In this document: positions 11,067 to 20,209 of the stretch, one piece after another
Position numbering within the stretch: position 1 is the stretch's first letter
How the letters are laid out: each line of letters begins with the position of its first letter
From: Pseudomonas aeruginosa
GTDB lineage: Bacteria > Pseudomonadota > Gammaproteobacteria > Pseudomonadales > Pseudomonadaceae
DNA: 32,000 nt
Assembly: GCF_001457615.1 (NCBI RefSeq)
Contig: NZ_LN831024.1
Location: forward strand, 1,110,001-1,142,000
Direction of reading: 5' to 3'
Notes under the pieces: model-generated
Told to the model about the DNA's origin: nothing
The model's input: only the letters and a program-made list of their open reading frames with translations
Database searches by the model: none
Made by a program: the position numbers and the translations under genes

Positions 11067-11948
11067 TCAGGAGGCTTTCAGGGCGGCGCGGTACTGCCCC
11101 GGGGTGGCGCCATGGGCTTCGCGGAAGCGCCGGTTGAAATGGCTCGGACTGGCGAAGCCGCAGGCCAGCGAGACCTCCTGGAGCGGCTGCGCGGAGTACG
11201 CCAGCAGGTCGCGGGCCCGCGCCAGGCGTCGTTCCAGCACGTAGCGGTGCGGCGGCAGGCCGAAGGATACGCGGAACATGCGCGCGAAGTGGTACTCGGA
11301 GAGCGCCGCCAGCTCCGCCAGCGACCCCAGTTCCAGCGGCTGCTCCAGGTGGCTTTCGATGTAGTCGGCCAGGCGCCGCCGCACGTGCGCGGCCAGCCCG
11401 CCCTGCCAGCGTACGTCGGTACGCCTGCCGCACCCGGTGAGCAGCAGGTGGTCCACCGCCTGGTGGGCGAGGCTGGTGCATAGCAGGCGCTCGCCGGGTT
11501 CGTTCCAGTCCTGTCGTTCCAGGGTCCGGCACAGGGCGGCCAGCGGCTCGTCCTGGATGTAGGTGCGCTCCTCCAGTTGCAGGCTGCGTGGTTCGCAATC
11601 GAGGGTGCGTACCGCCGCGCCGGCCAGGCGTTCCGGGCTTATGTACAGGTGCATGAAGCCCAGGCCGCGTGTCACCGCCCAGTCGGAGTGGTGTTCGGCC
11701 GGCATCACGCAGAAGCGGTCGGGGCCGCCATAGAGCCCGGGACGATCGCGGCGGAAGGTCTGCCAGCCGCCCTGCAGGTAGAGCGACAGGGTGTGATGGC
11801 CGGGGTCGCTGTAGCCGAGGATCTCCGCTTCGTCGCGGTACCAATGGGCGAGCGCCAGGCCGTCGCTGAGCGTGCTGCTGCGCAGCAGGCGCGCATTGGA
11901 GGTCCGGTCGAGGGTGCGGAATACCTGGAAATCACTGGGTTGGTGCAT
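11067..11948 (-). CDS. AraC-family transcriptional regulator
   Basis: MHQPSDFQVFRTLDRTSNARLL... with C-terminal double HTH (LAALSEYHFARMFRVSFGLPPHRYVLERRLARARDLL...VSLACGFASPSHFNRRFREAHGATPGQYRAAL). Confidence 0.93.
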   Translation of the reverse strand: MHQPSDFQVFRTLDRTSNARLLRSSTLSDGLALAHWYRDEAEILGYSDPGHHTLSLYLQGGWQTFRRDRPGLYGGPDRFCVMPAEHHSDWAVTRGLGFMHLYISPERLAGAAVRTLDCEPRSLQLEERTYIQDEPLAALCRTLERQDWNEPGERLLCTSLAHQAVDHLLLTGCGRRTDVRWQGGLAAHVRRRLADYIESHLEQPLELGSLAELAALSEYHFARMFRVSFGLPPHRYVLERRLARARDLLAYSAQPLQEVSLACGFASPSHFNRRFREAHGATPGQYRAALKAS

Positions 11949-12073
11949 GCCGGCCATGCTACCCGCGCCCGGACGCTGCCGCGAGAGGCGGCGGATGAAA
12001 AGCGCAAGAATGGACAATGGTCGCGCCCGGCCTCGCCCGCAGACTGACGGCATCCTGTCGTTGCGGAGTCGCC

Positions 12074-12976
12074 ATGAATCTTTCGCTGTACCTGCTCACC
12101 GTGCTCATCTGGGGCACCACCTGGATCGCCATCAAGCTGCAGATGGGCCCGGTGGCGATCACCCTGTCGATCGCCTACCGCTTCGCCCTGGCGGCGCTGG
12201 TGCTGTTCGCCGTGCTGCTGCTCGGCCGCCGCCTGCAAAGGCTGGACGCACGGGGCCAACGCCTGTGCATGGCCCAGGGCGTATGCCTGTTCTGCCTGAA
12301 TTTCATCTGCTTCTATACCGCCAGCCAGTGGATTCCCAGCGGCCTGGTGGCCGTGGTGTTCTCCACCGCCACCCTGTGGAATGCGCTGAACGCCCGCCTG
12401 TGGTTCGGCCAGCGCATCGCGTCGAACGTGATGGCCGGTGGCGGTCTCGGCCTGCTCGGCCTGGGGCTGCTGTTCTGGCCGGAATTGGTGGGTCACCAGG
12501 CCACCCCGGAAACCTTCTACGGCCTCGGCCTGGCCCTGCTAGGCACGCTGTGCTTCTCCACCGGCAACATGCTTTCCAGCCTGCAACAGAAGGCCGGCAT
12601 CCGCCCGCTCACCGGCAATGCCTGGAGCATGCTCTACGGCACCCTGATCCTCCTGGCGCTGTGCCTGTTCCAGGGCGTGCCGCTGAATTTCGACTGGAGC
12701 GCGCGCTACGTCGGCTCGCTGCTGTACCTGGCGATCCCCGGCTCGGTGATCGGCTTCACCGCCTACCTGACCCTGGTCGGGCGCATGGGCCCGGATCGCG
12801 CCGCCTACTGCACCGTGCTGTTCCCGGTGGTGGCGCTGAACATCTCGGCCTTCGCCGAGGGCTACCGCTGGACCGCACCGGCGCTGGCCGGGCTGGTCCT
12901 GGTGATGCTCGGCAACGTCTTGGTGTTCCGCAAGCCGAAGGCGCCGGCGCTGGCCGGGCCGGCGCGCTCGACCTAG
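12074..12976 (+). CDS. EamA/DMT-superfamily transporter
   Basis: MNLSLYLLTVLIWGTTWIAIKLQMGPVAITLSIAYRFALAAL...; about 10 hydrophobic segments; GSVIGFTAYLTLVGRMGPDRAAYCTVLFPVVAL. Confidence 0.9.
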   Translation: MNLSLYLLTVLIWGTTWIAIKLQMGPVAITLSIAYRFALAALVLFAVLLLGRRLQRLDARGQRLCMAQGVCLFCLNFICFYTASQWIPSGLVAVVFSTATLWNALNARLWFGQRIASNVMAGGGLGLLGLGLLFWPELVGHQATPETFYGLGLALLGTLCFSTGNMLSSLQQKAGIRPLTGNAWSMLYGTLILLALCLFQGVPLNFDWSARYVGSLLYLAIPGSVIGFTAYLTLVGRMGPDRAAYCTVLFPVVALNISAFAEGYRWTAPALAGLVLVMLGNVLVFRKPKAPALAGPARST

Positions 12977-12993
12977 CGGAGAGGGAGGCGCGC

Positions 12994-13971
12994 TCAGCCG
13001 CGTCGCCACACCTGCGGATTGACCAGGTCCAGCGGCCGCTCGCCGCGCAAGGCCGCCTCGAAGTTCTGCAGCGCCCGCTCGGCCATGGCCCGGCGGGTCT
13101 CGTGGGTGGCCGAGCCGATGTGCGGCAGGGTCACCACGTTGTCCAGGGCGAACAGCGGCGATTCGGCCAGCGGTTCCTTCTCGTAGACATCCAGGCCGGC
13201 GCCGAGGATGCGCTTCTCCCGCAGGGCGGCGACCAGCGCGGCCTCATCGACCACCTGGCCGCGGGCGACGTTGACCAGGATCGCCGAGGGTTTCATCAGG
13301 CCCAGTTCGCGCGCACCGATCAACTGCCGGGTCTGCGCTCCCAGCGGCACCACCACGCAGACGAAGTCGGCCTCGCCGAGCAGTTCGTCGAAGCCGAGGA
13401 AGCGCGCGCCGAGTTCCTGTTCCAGTTCCGGCTTGCGGTTGTTGCCGTGGTAGAGCACCTGCATGCCGAAGCCGAAACGGCCGCGCCGGGCGATGGCCGC
13501 GCCGATCCGGCCGAGGCCGAGGATGCCGAGTTTCTTGCCATGCACGTCGGTGCCGAACTGCGGGGCGTCGACGGTGCGCTTCCAGTTCCCGGCCTTGACC
13601 CAGGCGTCCAGCTCGGCGACCCGTCGCGCGGCGCTGATCAGCAGGGCGAAGCCGAGGTCGGCGGTGGTCTCGGTGAGGACGTCGGGCGTGTTGGTGAGAG
13701 CGATGCCGCGGCGGTTCAGGTAGTCCAGGTCATAGTTGTCGTAGCCGACCGAGACGCTGGAGATGACTTCCAGCTGCATCGCCTGTTCCAGTTGCCTGGC
13801 GCCGAGCGGCCGGCCGACGCCGATCATGCCGTGGGTATCGGGCAGGGCGGCGGCGTACTGGGCGTCGATGTCGCCCTGTTTCGGTTCGAGCACGCGGACG
13901 TTGAACTGGCATTGCAGGCGTTCGAGATGCTCGGGGGCGAGGCGACTGAAGACGAAGACGTTCTTTTTCAT
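12994..13971 (-). CDS. D-isomer specific 2-hydroxyacid dehydrogenase
   Basis: MKKNVFVFSRLAPEHLERLQCQF...; motifs GKKLGILGLGRIGAAIARR, ILVNVARGQVVDEAAL, VVTLPHIGSATHETR. Confidence 0.94.
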   Translation of the reverse strand: MKKNVFVFSRLAPEHLERLQCQFNVRVLEPKQGDIDAQYAAALPDTHGMIGVGRPLGARQLEQAMQLEVISSVSVGYDNYDLDYLNRRGIALTNTPDVLTETTADLGFALLISAARRVAELDAWVKAGNWKRTVDAPQFGTDVHGKKLGILGLGRIGAAIARRGRFGFGMQVLYHGNNRKPELEQELGARFLGFDELLGEADFVCVVVPLGAQTRQLIGARELGLMKPSAILVNVARGQVVDEAALVAALREKRILGAGLDVYEKEPLAESPLFALDNVVTLPHIGSATHETRRAMAERALQNFEAALRGERPLDLVNPQVWRRG

Positions 13972-14065
13972 GACGGGACTCTGCAAGCGGGAGCGAAAGC
14001 GCCGACCATACCACCGCCATCGAAGCGGCGGGCAGGGGCCCGCCACTGGGCGGGCGATTATCGGC

Positions 14066-15019
14066 TCAGGAGGGTCTTCCGAGTTCCAGGCCCAGCTCCA
14101 CCAGCGCCGCTTCGTCGCGCTGGAGCAGGCCGGGCAGGCTTTCCTTGAGGTATTCCACCCAGGTCTTGATCTTCGCGTCGAGATACTGCCGCGAAGGGTA
14201 CAGCGCATAGACGTTGAGCTGTTGCAGGCGGTGTTGCGGCAGGACCCGCACCAGGGTGCCCTTGCCCAGGTCCTCGATGGCCGAATACACCGGCAGGATG
14301 CCGATGCCCAGCCCGGAGCGGATTGCCTCGGTCATGGCGTCGCCGACATTGACCTGGAACGGCGAGGCGCCGATGGAGACCATTTCCTGGCCGTTGGGAC
14401 CGTCGAACAGCCAGCGATCCAGCGGCACCACCGGGCTGACCAGGCGCAGGCAGTCGTGGCTGGCCAGCTCCGAAGGCTCGCTCGGCGTGCCGTTCAGGCG
14501 CAGGTACTCCGGCGAGGCGCAAAGAATGCTGTAGGTCTCGCCGATGCGCTGGGAAATGAAGCCGGAATCGGGCAGCTCGGAGGCCACCACGATGGCCACG
14601 TCGAAGCCCTCGTCGAGCAGGTCCGGCACGCGGTTGGCCATGGTCAGGTCGAAGGTCACGTCGCGGTACTGCTGGCGGTAGCCGGCGATGGCGCGGATCA
14701 CGTAGTGCTGGCCGATGCCGGTCATCGAATGCAGCTTCAGCTTGCCGGCGGGTCGGGCATGGGCGTCGCTGGCTTCGGCCTCGGCTTCCTCGACGTAGGC
14801 GAGGATCTGCTCGCAGCGCAGCAGGTAGCGCTGGCCGGCCTCGGTGAGGGCGATGCGACGAGTGGTACGGTTGAGCAGGCGGGTGCGCAGGTGCGTCTCG
14901 AGGTTGGCCACCGCCCGCGAAACATAGGCGGTGGTGGTGTTGAGCTGCTGGGACGCCGCGGTGAAGCTTCCGGTTTCCGCCACGCAGACGAAGGCTCGCA
15001 TGTTTTGCAGGGTGTCCAT
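14066..15019 (-). CDS. LysR-family transcriptional regulator
   Basis: MDTLQNMRAFVCVAETGSFTAASQQLNTTTAYVSRAVANLETHLRTRLLNRTTRRIALTEAG: N-terminal wHTH. Confidence 0.94.
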   Translation of the reverse strand: MDTLQNMRAFVCVAETGSFTAASQQLNTTTAYVSRAVANLETHLRTRLLNRTTRRIALTEAGQRYLLRCEQILAYVEEAEAEASDAHARPAGKLKLHSMTGIGQHYVIRAIAGYRQQYRDVTFDLTMANRVPDLLDEGFDVAIVVASELPDSGFISQRIGETYSILCASPEYLRLNGTPSEPSELASHDCLRLVSPVVPLDRWLFDGPNGQEMVSIGASPFQVNVGDAMTEAIRSGLGIGILPVYSAIEDLGKGTLVRVLPQHRLQQLNVYALYPSRQYLDAKIKTWVEYLKESLPGLLQRDEAALVELGLELGRPS

Positions 15020-15177
15020 CGACGGGGCCTCCTAGGCACGCGCAGAAGTGTGTCAGATTGTTGCGATGGCGGATTATTTCACATTACGCAATAAACAATC
15101 GCACTTGAGCCAGCTTATCAGCAGCCGCCAGCCTCTTAAAATTCATCGGCCCCCGAGCGCACGAACGCTCGAGCGGG

Positions 15178-16755
15178 TTGAACGGCGCCCGTACCGTTCA
15201 AATTCCGTGCTTCGCCCCTCCAGGATCAGACAACGTGCCGCGTGCTCTCAGGAAGGAACTGACCTTGGTCGGCTCCTTCGTCGGTTTTCTCGTCGTTTTC
15301 TCCGCAATATCCGGTTGTGTCAGTACAGGCGATATCGCCCCCGAGGCCGCCACGCTCGACGTCAACGCCCTGGCCACCGACCATGCGATCCAGGCTGCCG
15401 CCCGCGAGGCCGGCTGGCCGCAGGCGCAGTGGTGGAAGGTGTATGCCGATCCGCAGCTGGACGCCTGGATCGAGAAGGCGCTGGACGGCAATCCAGGCCT
15501 GGCGGTAGCCCATGCGCGGGTACGCCAGGCGAAGTCCATGGCCGGGCTGGTGGAGTCCATCGAGTCGCCGCAGATCGAGGGCAAGGGCTCGCTGGTCCGC
15601 CACCGCTGGCCGGACGACTATTTCTACGGCCCCGGCGACCTGGCGCGGACCACTTCCTGGAACAACTCCACCGAGATCGGCCTGAACTACAAGCTCGATC
15701 TCTGGGGGCGCGACCGCAGCGACAGCGAGCGCGCCGTCGACCTGGCCCACATGGCCGCCGCCGAGGCGCGCCAGGCGCAGCTCGAGCTGGAGGGCAACAT
15801 CGTCCGCGCCTACGTCCAGCTCTCGTTGCAGTACGCCGAGATGGACATCGCCAAGGCCATGCTGCAACAGCAGCGCGACATCCTCGCCCTGGCCCAGCGT
15901 CGCCTGCGCGGCGGCATCGGCACGCATTTCGAGGTCAGCCAGGCGGAAGTGCCGCTGCCCGAGACCGAGCGCCGCATCGAGGTGATCGACGAAGAAATCC
16001 AGCTCACCCGCAACCTGCTCGCCGCCCTGGCCGGCAAGGGCCCGGGCGAGGGCCGCACGATCCGCCGGCCAAGCCTGAACCTGGCGGCGCAGCCGAGCCT
16101 GCCCAGCGCCTTGCCGGCCGAACTGCTCGGTCGCCGCCCGGATGTGGTCGCCCGCCGCTGGCAGGTCGCCGCCCTGGCCAAGGGCGTGGACGTGGCGCGC
16201 GCCGACTTCTACCCCAACGTCGACCTGATGGCCTCGGTCGGCTTCAGTGCCGTCGGCGGCGGCATGCTGGAGTTCTTCCGCAGCGCCAAGTACACCTACA
16301 GCGCCGGCCCGGCGGTGACCCTGCCGATCTTCGACGGCGGCCGCCTGCGTTCGCAGTTGGGCGAGGCGGCGGCCGGCTACGACGCGGCGGTGGAGCAATA
16401 CAACCAGACCCTGGTGGATGCGCTGAAGAACATTTCCGACCAGTTGATCCGCCTGCATTCGGTGGACATCCAGAAGGACTTCGCCGCGCAATCGGTGGCT
16501 TCCGCGCAGAAGACCTACGATATCGCCACCCTGGCCTACCAGCGCGGCCTCACCGATTACCTCAACGTGCTCAACGCGCAGACCCGGCTGTTCCAGCAGC
16601 AACTGGTCCAGGAGCAGGTGCAGGCCGCCCGGCTGGCCGCCCATGCCAGCCTGCTCACCGCCCTCGGCGGCGGCGTCGGGGCCGGCGCCGATACGCCGGT
16701 GCAGCGGAAGCTGGCGCCGGAGAACGTCCCGGTCAGAGCGGTGTCTTCGCGATGA
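15178..16755 (+). CDS. RND/MFS-type efflux outer membrane lipoprotein (NodT/OprM-like); true start probably downstream of 15178
   Basis: Lipobox FSAISGC followed by NGNPGLAVAHARVRQAKSM..., GLNYKLDLWGRDRSDSERAVD, LQLSLQYAEMD-like region, ELLGRRPDVVARRWQ. A GTG at 15235 is one alternative start. Confidence 0.88.
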   Translation: MNGARTVQIPCFAPPGSDNVPRALRKELTLVGSFVGFLVVFSAISGCVSTGDIAPEAATLDVNALATDHAIQAAAREAGWPQAQWWKVYADPQLDAWIEKALDGNPGLAVAHARVRQAKSMAGLVESIESPQIEGKGSLVRHRWPDDYFYGPGDLARTTSWNNSTEIGLNYKLDLWGRDRSDSERAVDLAHMAAAEARQAQLELEGNIVRAYVQLSLQYAEMDIAKAMLQQQRDILALAQRRLRGGIGTHFEVSQAEVPLPETERRIEVIDEEIQLTRNLLAALAGKGPGEGRTIRRPSLNLAAQPSLPSALPAELLGRRPDVVARRWQVAALAKGVDVARADFYPNVDLMASVGFSAVGGGMLEFFRSAKYTYSAGPAVTLPIFDGGRLRSQLGEAAAGYDAAVEQYNQTLVDALKNISDQLIRLHSVDIQKDFAAQSVASAQKTYDIATLAYQRGLTDYLNVLNAQTRLFQQQLVQEQVQAARLAAHASLLTALGGGVGAGADTPVQRKLAPENVPVRAVSSR

Positions 16756-18947
16756 GCGGCCGCTCCGCTGGTTTCGCCCTGCCCAGCCGCGACGAGTGGC
16801 GGCACGCGCTGGCCGAGTGGGCGCGCAGCGACGGGGCGACCTGGATCTACGTGTTCAAGGTGCTCTGCGCGGCCTTCCTGACCCTCTGGCTGGCGATGCG
16901 CCTGGAATTGCCGCAGCCGAGCACGGCGACCATCACCGTGTTCATCGTCATGCAGCCGCAGAGCGGCCAGGTGTTCGCCAAGAGCTTCTACCGCATCCTC
17001 GGCACCCTGGTCGGCCTCAGCGTGATGGTTACCCTGATCGCCCTGTTCGCCCAGGAGCGAGTGCTGTTCCTGCTCAGCTCGGCGATCTGGATCGGCCTCT
17101 GCACCGCCGGGGCCGCCCGCTACCGTGACTTCCGCTCCTACGCCTGCGTGCTCGCCGGCTACACCGCGACGCTGATCGGCATCCCCGCCACCAGCCATCC
17201 GGAAGGCGCCTTCATGCAGGCGATCTGGCGGGTCCTGGAAATCAGCCTGGCGATCCTCTGCTCGGGGGTGGTCAGCGCGGTGATCATGCCGCAGACCACC
17301 AGCGCGGCGATGCGCAATGCGCTGTACGTGCGCTTCGGCCTGTTCGCCGCGTTCGTCCTCGACAGCCTGCGCGGGGTCGGCGGGCGCGAGCGCTTCGAAA
17401 GCAGCAACGTGGCCTTCGCCGCCCAGGCCGTGGGCCTGGAGACGATGCGCGCGGCGAGCGCCTTCGAGGATCCGCACATGCGCCTGCGCAATGGCCGGCT
17501 GATTCGCCTGAGCAGCGAGTTCATGGCCATGAATACCCGTTTCCACGCCCTCCACCAACTGCTCGAACGCCTGCGCGCGCAGGGCTCCACCCAGGTGCTG
17601 GAAGCGTTCGAACCGTGCCTGGAGGAAATCACCGGGCTGCTCGAGGAGATCCGTGGCCGCGCCGTCACCGACCATGACGCCGAGCGCTTCGCCCAGCGCC
17701 TCGCCGACTGCCGCGAACGCCTGATGGCGCGCATCCGCCAGGCGCGCGGAGAACTGCTGGCGCGGGAGCCGGGCGAAGAGGCGCGGCTGGACTTCAATAC
17801 CGCCGCCGAGCTGCTCTACCGTTTCGCCGAGGAGATGCACGACTACGCCCTGACCCATGCCTCGCTGGCCGCCCACCGCCACGAGCGCGAGCAGTGGAAG
17901 GACGCCTTCACCGCCAAGGCCAACGCGGTGGCGGCGGCAGTGGCGGGGATGCGCACCGGGTTGATGATCCTGCTGTTCGGCTGTTTCTGGATCTACAGCA
18001 CCTGGCCCAGCGGCGGCACCTTCGCCCTCAACGCGGTGGCGGTCTCGGCGCTGGCCTCGGCGGCGCCGAACCCGAAGAAGGTCGCCATGCAGATGGCCAT
18101 CGGCACCATGGCGGCGGCGCTGCTCGGCTTCAGCGAGATGTTCTTCGTCTACCCGCATATCGACGGTTTCCCGCTGCTATGCCTGGTACTGGCGCCGGTG
18201 TTCGCCCTCGGCGCGTTCATCTCCTCGCGGCCGCAGTGGGCCGGCTACGGTCTCGGCCTGCTGGTGTTCTTCTGCTTCGGTTCGGTGCCGGCGAACCTGA
18301 CCGTCTACGACCCGGCCCACGTGATCAACGAGTACATCGCCCTGATCCTCTCGATGCTGCTCTCGGCCGCGGCCGCCGCGGTCATTCTGCCGCCCAACAG
18401 CGCCTGGCTGTGGAAGCGCCTCGAGCGCGACCTGCGGATGCGCGTGGTGTTCGCCATCAGCGGCAGGAGCAGGGGGCTTGGCTCGGCCTTCGAAAGCGGT
18501 ACCCGCGACCTGCTGAACCAGGCCTATGGCGTCGCCGCCGGGCGCCCGGACGTGCAGCGCGGGCTGCTGCGCTGGATGTTCCTGGTGCTCGAGGTCGGCC
18601 ACGCGATCATCGAGCTGCGTCGCGAGCAGGAGCGCCTGCCGGACGAACCCTGCTACGCCGAGGCCATGCCCTGGCGCCAGGCGATCCGCGCCATGGGGCG
18701 GGCCCTGATCCGGCTGTTCGTGCGCCCCGGTGCGGAGAACCTGGAGCGCGCCCTGGCGGCTGTCGACCAGGCCATCCACGCGGCCAGGCACACCGACGAA
18801 CCCTGCGCGCCGCACTTCGACAGCTCGCCGCTACGGCGGGTGCGCAGCTACCTGCACTTCATCCGTTCTTCCCTGCTCGCGCCGACCTCGCCACTGACCG
18901 AACTGGCCGGCCGGACGAGCGGCCAAGGTACCGTCCATGCCTCGTGA
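16752..18947 (+). CDS. Fusaric-acid-resistance / aromatic acid exporter family (FUSC/AaeB-like) inner membrane protein
   Basis: MSGRSAGFALPSRDEWRHALAEWARSDGATWIYVFKVLCAAFLTLWLAMRLELPQPSTATITVFIVMQPQSGQVFAKSFYRILGTLVG; start overlaps the upstream OMF stop. Confidence 0.92.
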   Translation: MSGRSAGFALPSRDEWRHALAEWARSDGATWIYVFKVLCAAFLTLWLAMRLELPQPSTATITVFIVMQPQSGQVFAKSFYRILGTLVGLSVMVTLIALFAQERVLFLLSSAIWIGLCTAGAARYRDFRSYACVLAGYTATLIGIPATSHPEGAFMQAIWRVLEISLAILCSGVVSAVIMPQTTSAAMRNALYVRFGLFAAFVLDSLRGVGGRERFESSNVAFAAQAVGLETMRAASAFEDPHMRLRNGRLIRLSSEFMAMNTRFHALHQLLERLRAQGSTQVLEAFEPCLEEITGLLEEIRGRAVTDHDAERFAQRLADCRERLMARIRQARGELLAREPGEEARLDFNTAAELLYRFAEEMHDYALTHASLAAHRHEREQWKDAFTAKANAVAAAVAGMRTGLMILLFGCFWIYSTWPSGGTFALNAVAVSALASAAPNPKKVAMQMAIGTMAAALLGFSEMFFVYPHIDGFPLLCLVLAPVFALGAFISSRPQWAGYGLGLLVFFCFGSVPANLTVYDPAHVINEYIALILSMLLSAAAAAVILPPNSAWLWKRLERDLRMRVVFAISGRSRGLGSAFESGTRDLLNQAYGVAAGRPDVQRGLLRWMFLVLEVGHAIIELRREQERLPDEPCYAEAMPWRQAIRAMGRALIRLFVRPGAENLERALAAVDQAIHAARHTDEPCAPHFDSSPLRRVRSYLHFIRSSLLAPTSPLTELAGRTSGQGTVHAS

Positions 18948-19137
18948 AATCGCCATCCATGGGGTCTACATGCCGACCCTGACGCTGTTGTTCGTGATCG
19001 CCGCGGCGCTCACCTGGGGGCTCGACCGGATCTTCGCCTCGGTTGGCCTGTATCGCTTCACCTGGCACCCGGCGCTGTTCCGGGTCAGCCTGTTCGCCTG
19101 CCTGTACGGCGGCCTGTCCCTGACCATCTACCGCTGA
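18937..19137 (+). CDS. DUF1656 small membrane protein (AaeX-like)
   Basis: 66 aa: MPREIAIHGVYMPTLTLLFVIAAALTWGLDRIFASVGLYRFTWHPALFRVSLFACLYGGLSLTIYR; overlaps the FUSC gene end. Confidence 0.9.
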   Translation: MPREIAIHGVYMPTLTLLFVIAAALTWGLDRIFASVGLYRFTWHPALFRVSLFACLYGGLSLTIYR

Positions 19138-19173
19138 GGCGGTAGCGCACCTCTTCGTTATCGTGAGCCGACC

Positions 19174-20082
19174 ATGACCTTGAAATCCGTAATCAGCCTG
19201 CTGGCGACCCTGCTGATCCTGCTGGTCGCCGTATTTATCGGGCGGACCCTGTGGGTCAACTACATGGACACCCCCTGGACCCGTGACGGTCGCGTGCGCG
19301 CCGACGTGATCAATGTCGCCGCCGACGTTTCCGGGATCGTCGTCGACGTCCCGGTGCGCGACAACCAGTTGGTGAAGAAAGGCGACCTGCTGATGCAGAT
19401 CGACCCCGACCACTACCGTATTGCGGTGAAGCAGGCCGAGTCGCTGGTTGCCTCGCGCAAGGCGACCCTGGAGATGCGCCAGTTGAACGCCCGGCGGCGC
19501 GCGGAAATGGATGAGATGGTGGTCTCCCGCGAAAGCCGCGACGACGCCCACAACACCGCCGCCGCGGCGATGGCCGACTACGAGCAGGCCAAGGCCCAGC
19601 TCGACGCCGCGCGCCTGAACCTGGAGCGCACCCGGGTGGTGGCGCAGGTCGACGGCTACGTCACCAACCTCAACGTGCACCGTGGCGACTACGCGCGGGT
19701 CGGCGAGGCGAAGATGGCGGTGATCGACAAGAACTCCTACTGGGTCTACGGCTACTTCGAGGAAACCAAGCTGCCGTACATCCGCGAAGGCGACCCGGTG
19801 GACATGCAGCTGATGAGCGGCGAACACCTCAAGGGCCACGTGGAAAGCATCGCCCGCGGCATCTACGACCGCGACAACCCGGAAAGCCGCGAGCTGACCG
19901 CCGACGTCAACCCCACTTTCAACTGGGTGCGCCTGGCCCAGCGCGTGCCGGTGCGGGTACACATCGACGAAGTGCCGGACGGCGTGCTGCTCTCGGCGGG
20001 GATCACCTGCACGGTGATCGTCAAGCCGCAAGGGCGCGACGACCAGGCCTCGGCGGCGCAGGCGCCGGGGCGGGCCGGTTGA
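19174..20082 (+). CDS. HlyD/EmrA/AaeA-type membrane fusion protein
   Basis: MTLKSVISLLATLLILLVAVFIGRTLWVNYMDTPWTRDGRVRADVINVAADVSGIVVDVPVRDNQLVKKGDLLMQIDPDHY. Confidence 0.95.
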   Translation: MTLKSVISLLATLLILLVAVFIGRTLWVNYMDTPWTRDGRVRADVINVAADVSGIVVDVPVRDNQLVKKGDLLMQIDPDHYRIAVKQAESLVASRKATLEMRQLNARRRAEMDEMVVSRESRDDAHNTAAAAMADYEQAKAQLDAARLNLERTRVVAQVDGYVTNLNVHRGDYARVGEAKMAVIDKNSYWVYGYFEETKLPYIREGDPVDMQLMSGEHLKGHVESIARGIYDRDNPESRELTADVNPTFNWVRLAQRVPVRVHIDEVPDGVLLSAGITCTVIVKPQGRDDQASAAQAPGRAG

Positions 20083-20100
20083 GTGGAAGGGGCAGGGAGA

Positions 20101-20125
20101 AGCCCGGCGGATGCCGGGCTTTTTC
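20101..20125 (+). terminator. Rho-independent terminator after the efflux operon
   Basis: AGCCCGGC (20101-20108) GGAT GCCGGGCT (20113-20120) followed by TTTTC. Confidence 0.85.
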
Positions 20126-20209
20126 GTTTCGGCGGGGCGGAAGAGGGCGCCACTCGCCAGGAATACGCTGCGGTTGGCGGCTGCCGGCGGTGAATATCCA
20201 CCCGGCGGC

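Noticed and set aside
15048-16751. N-terminal portion of the 1299-aa ORF preceding the FUSC protein
   Set aside because: Overlaps the outer membrane lipoprotein in another frame; the real FUSC start is MSGRSAGF at 16752.
16557-18158. 533-aa minus-strand ORF opposite the FUSC transporter
   Set aside because: His/Asp/Glu/Arg-rich shadow translation; the opposite strand encodes a coherent membrane protein.
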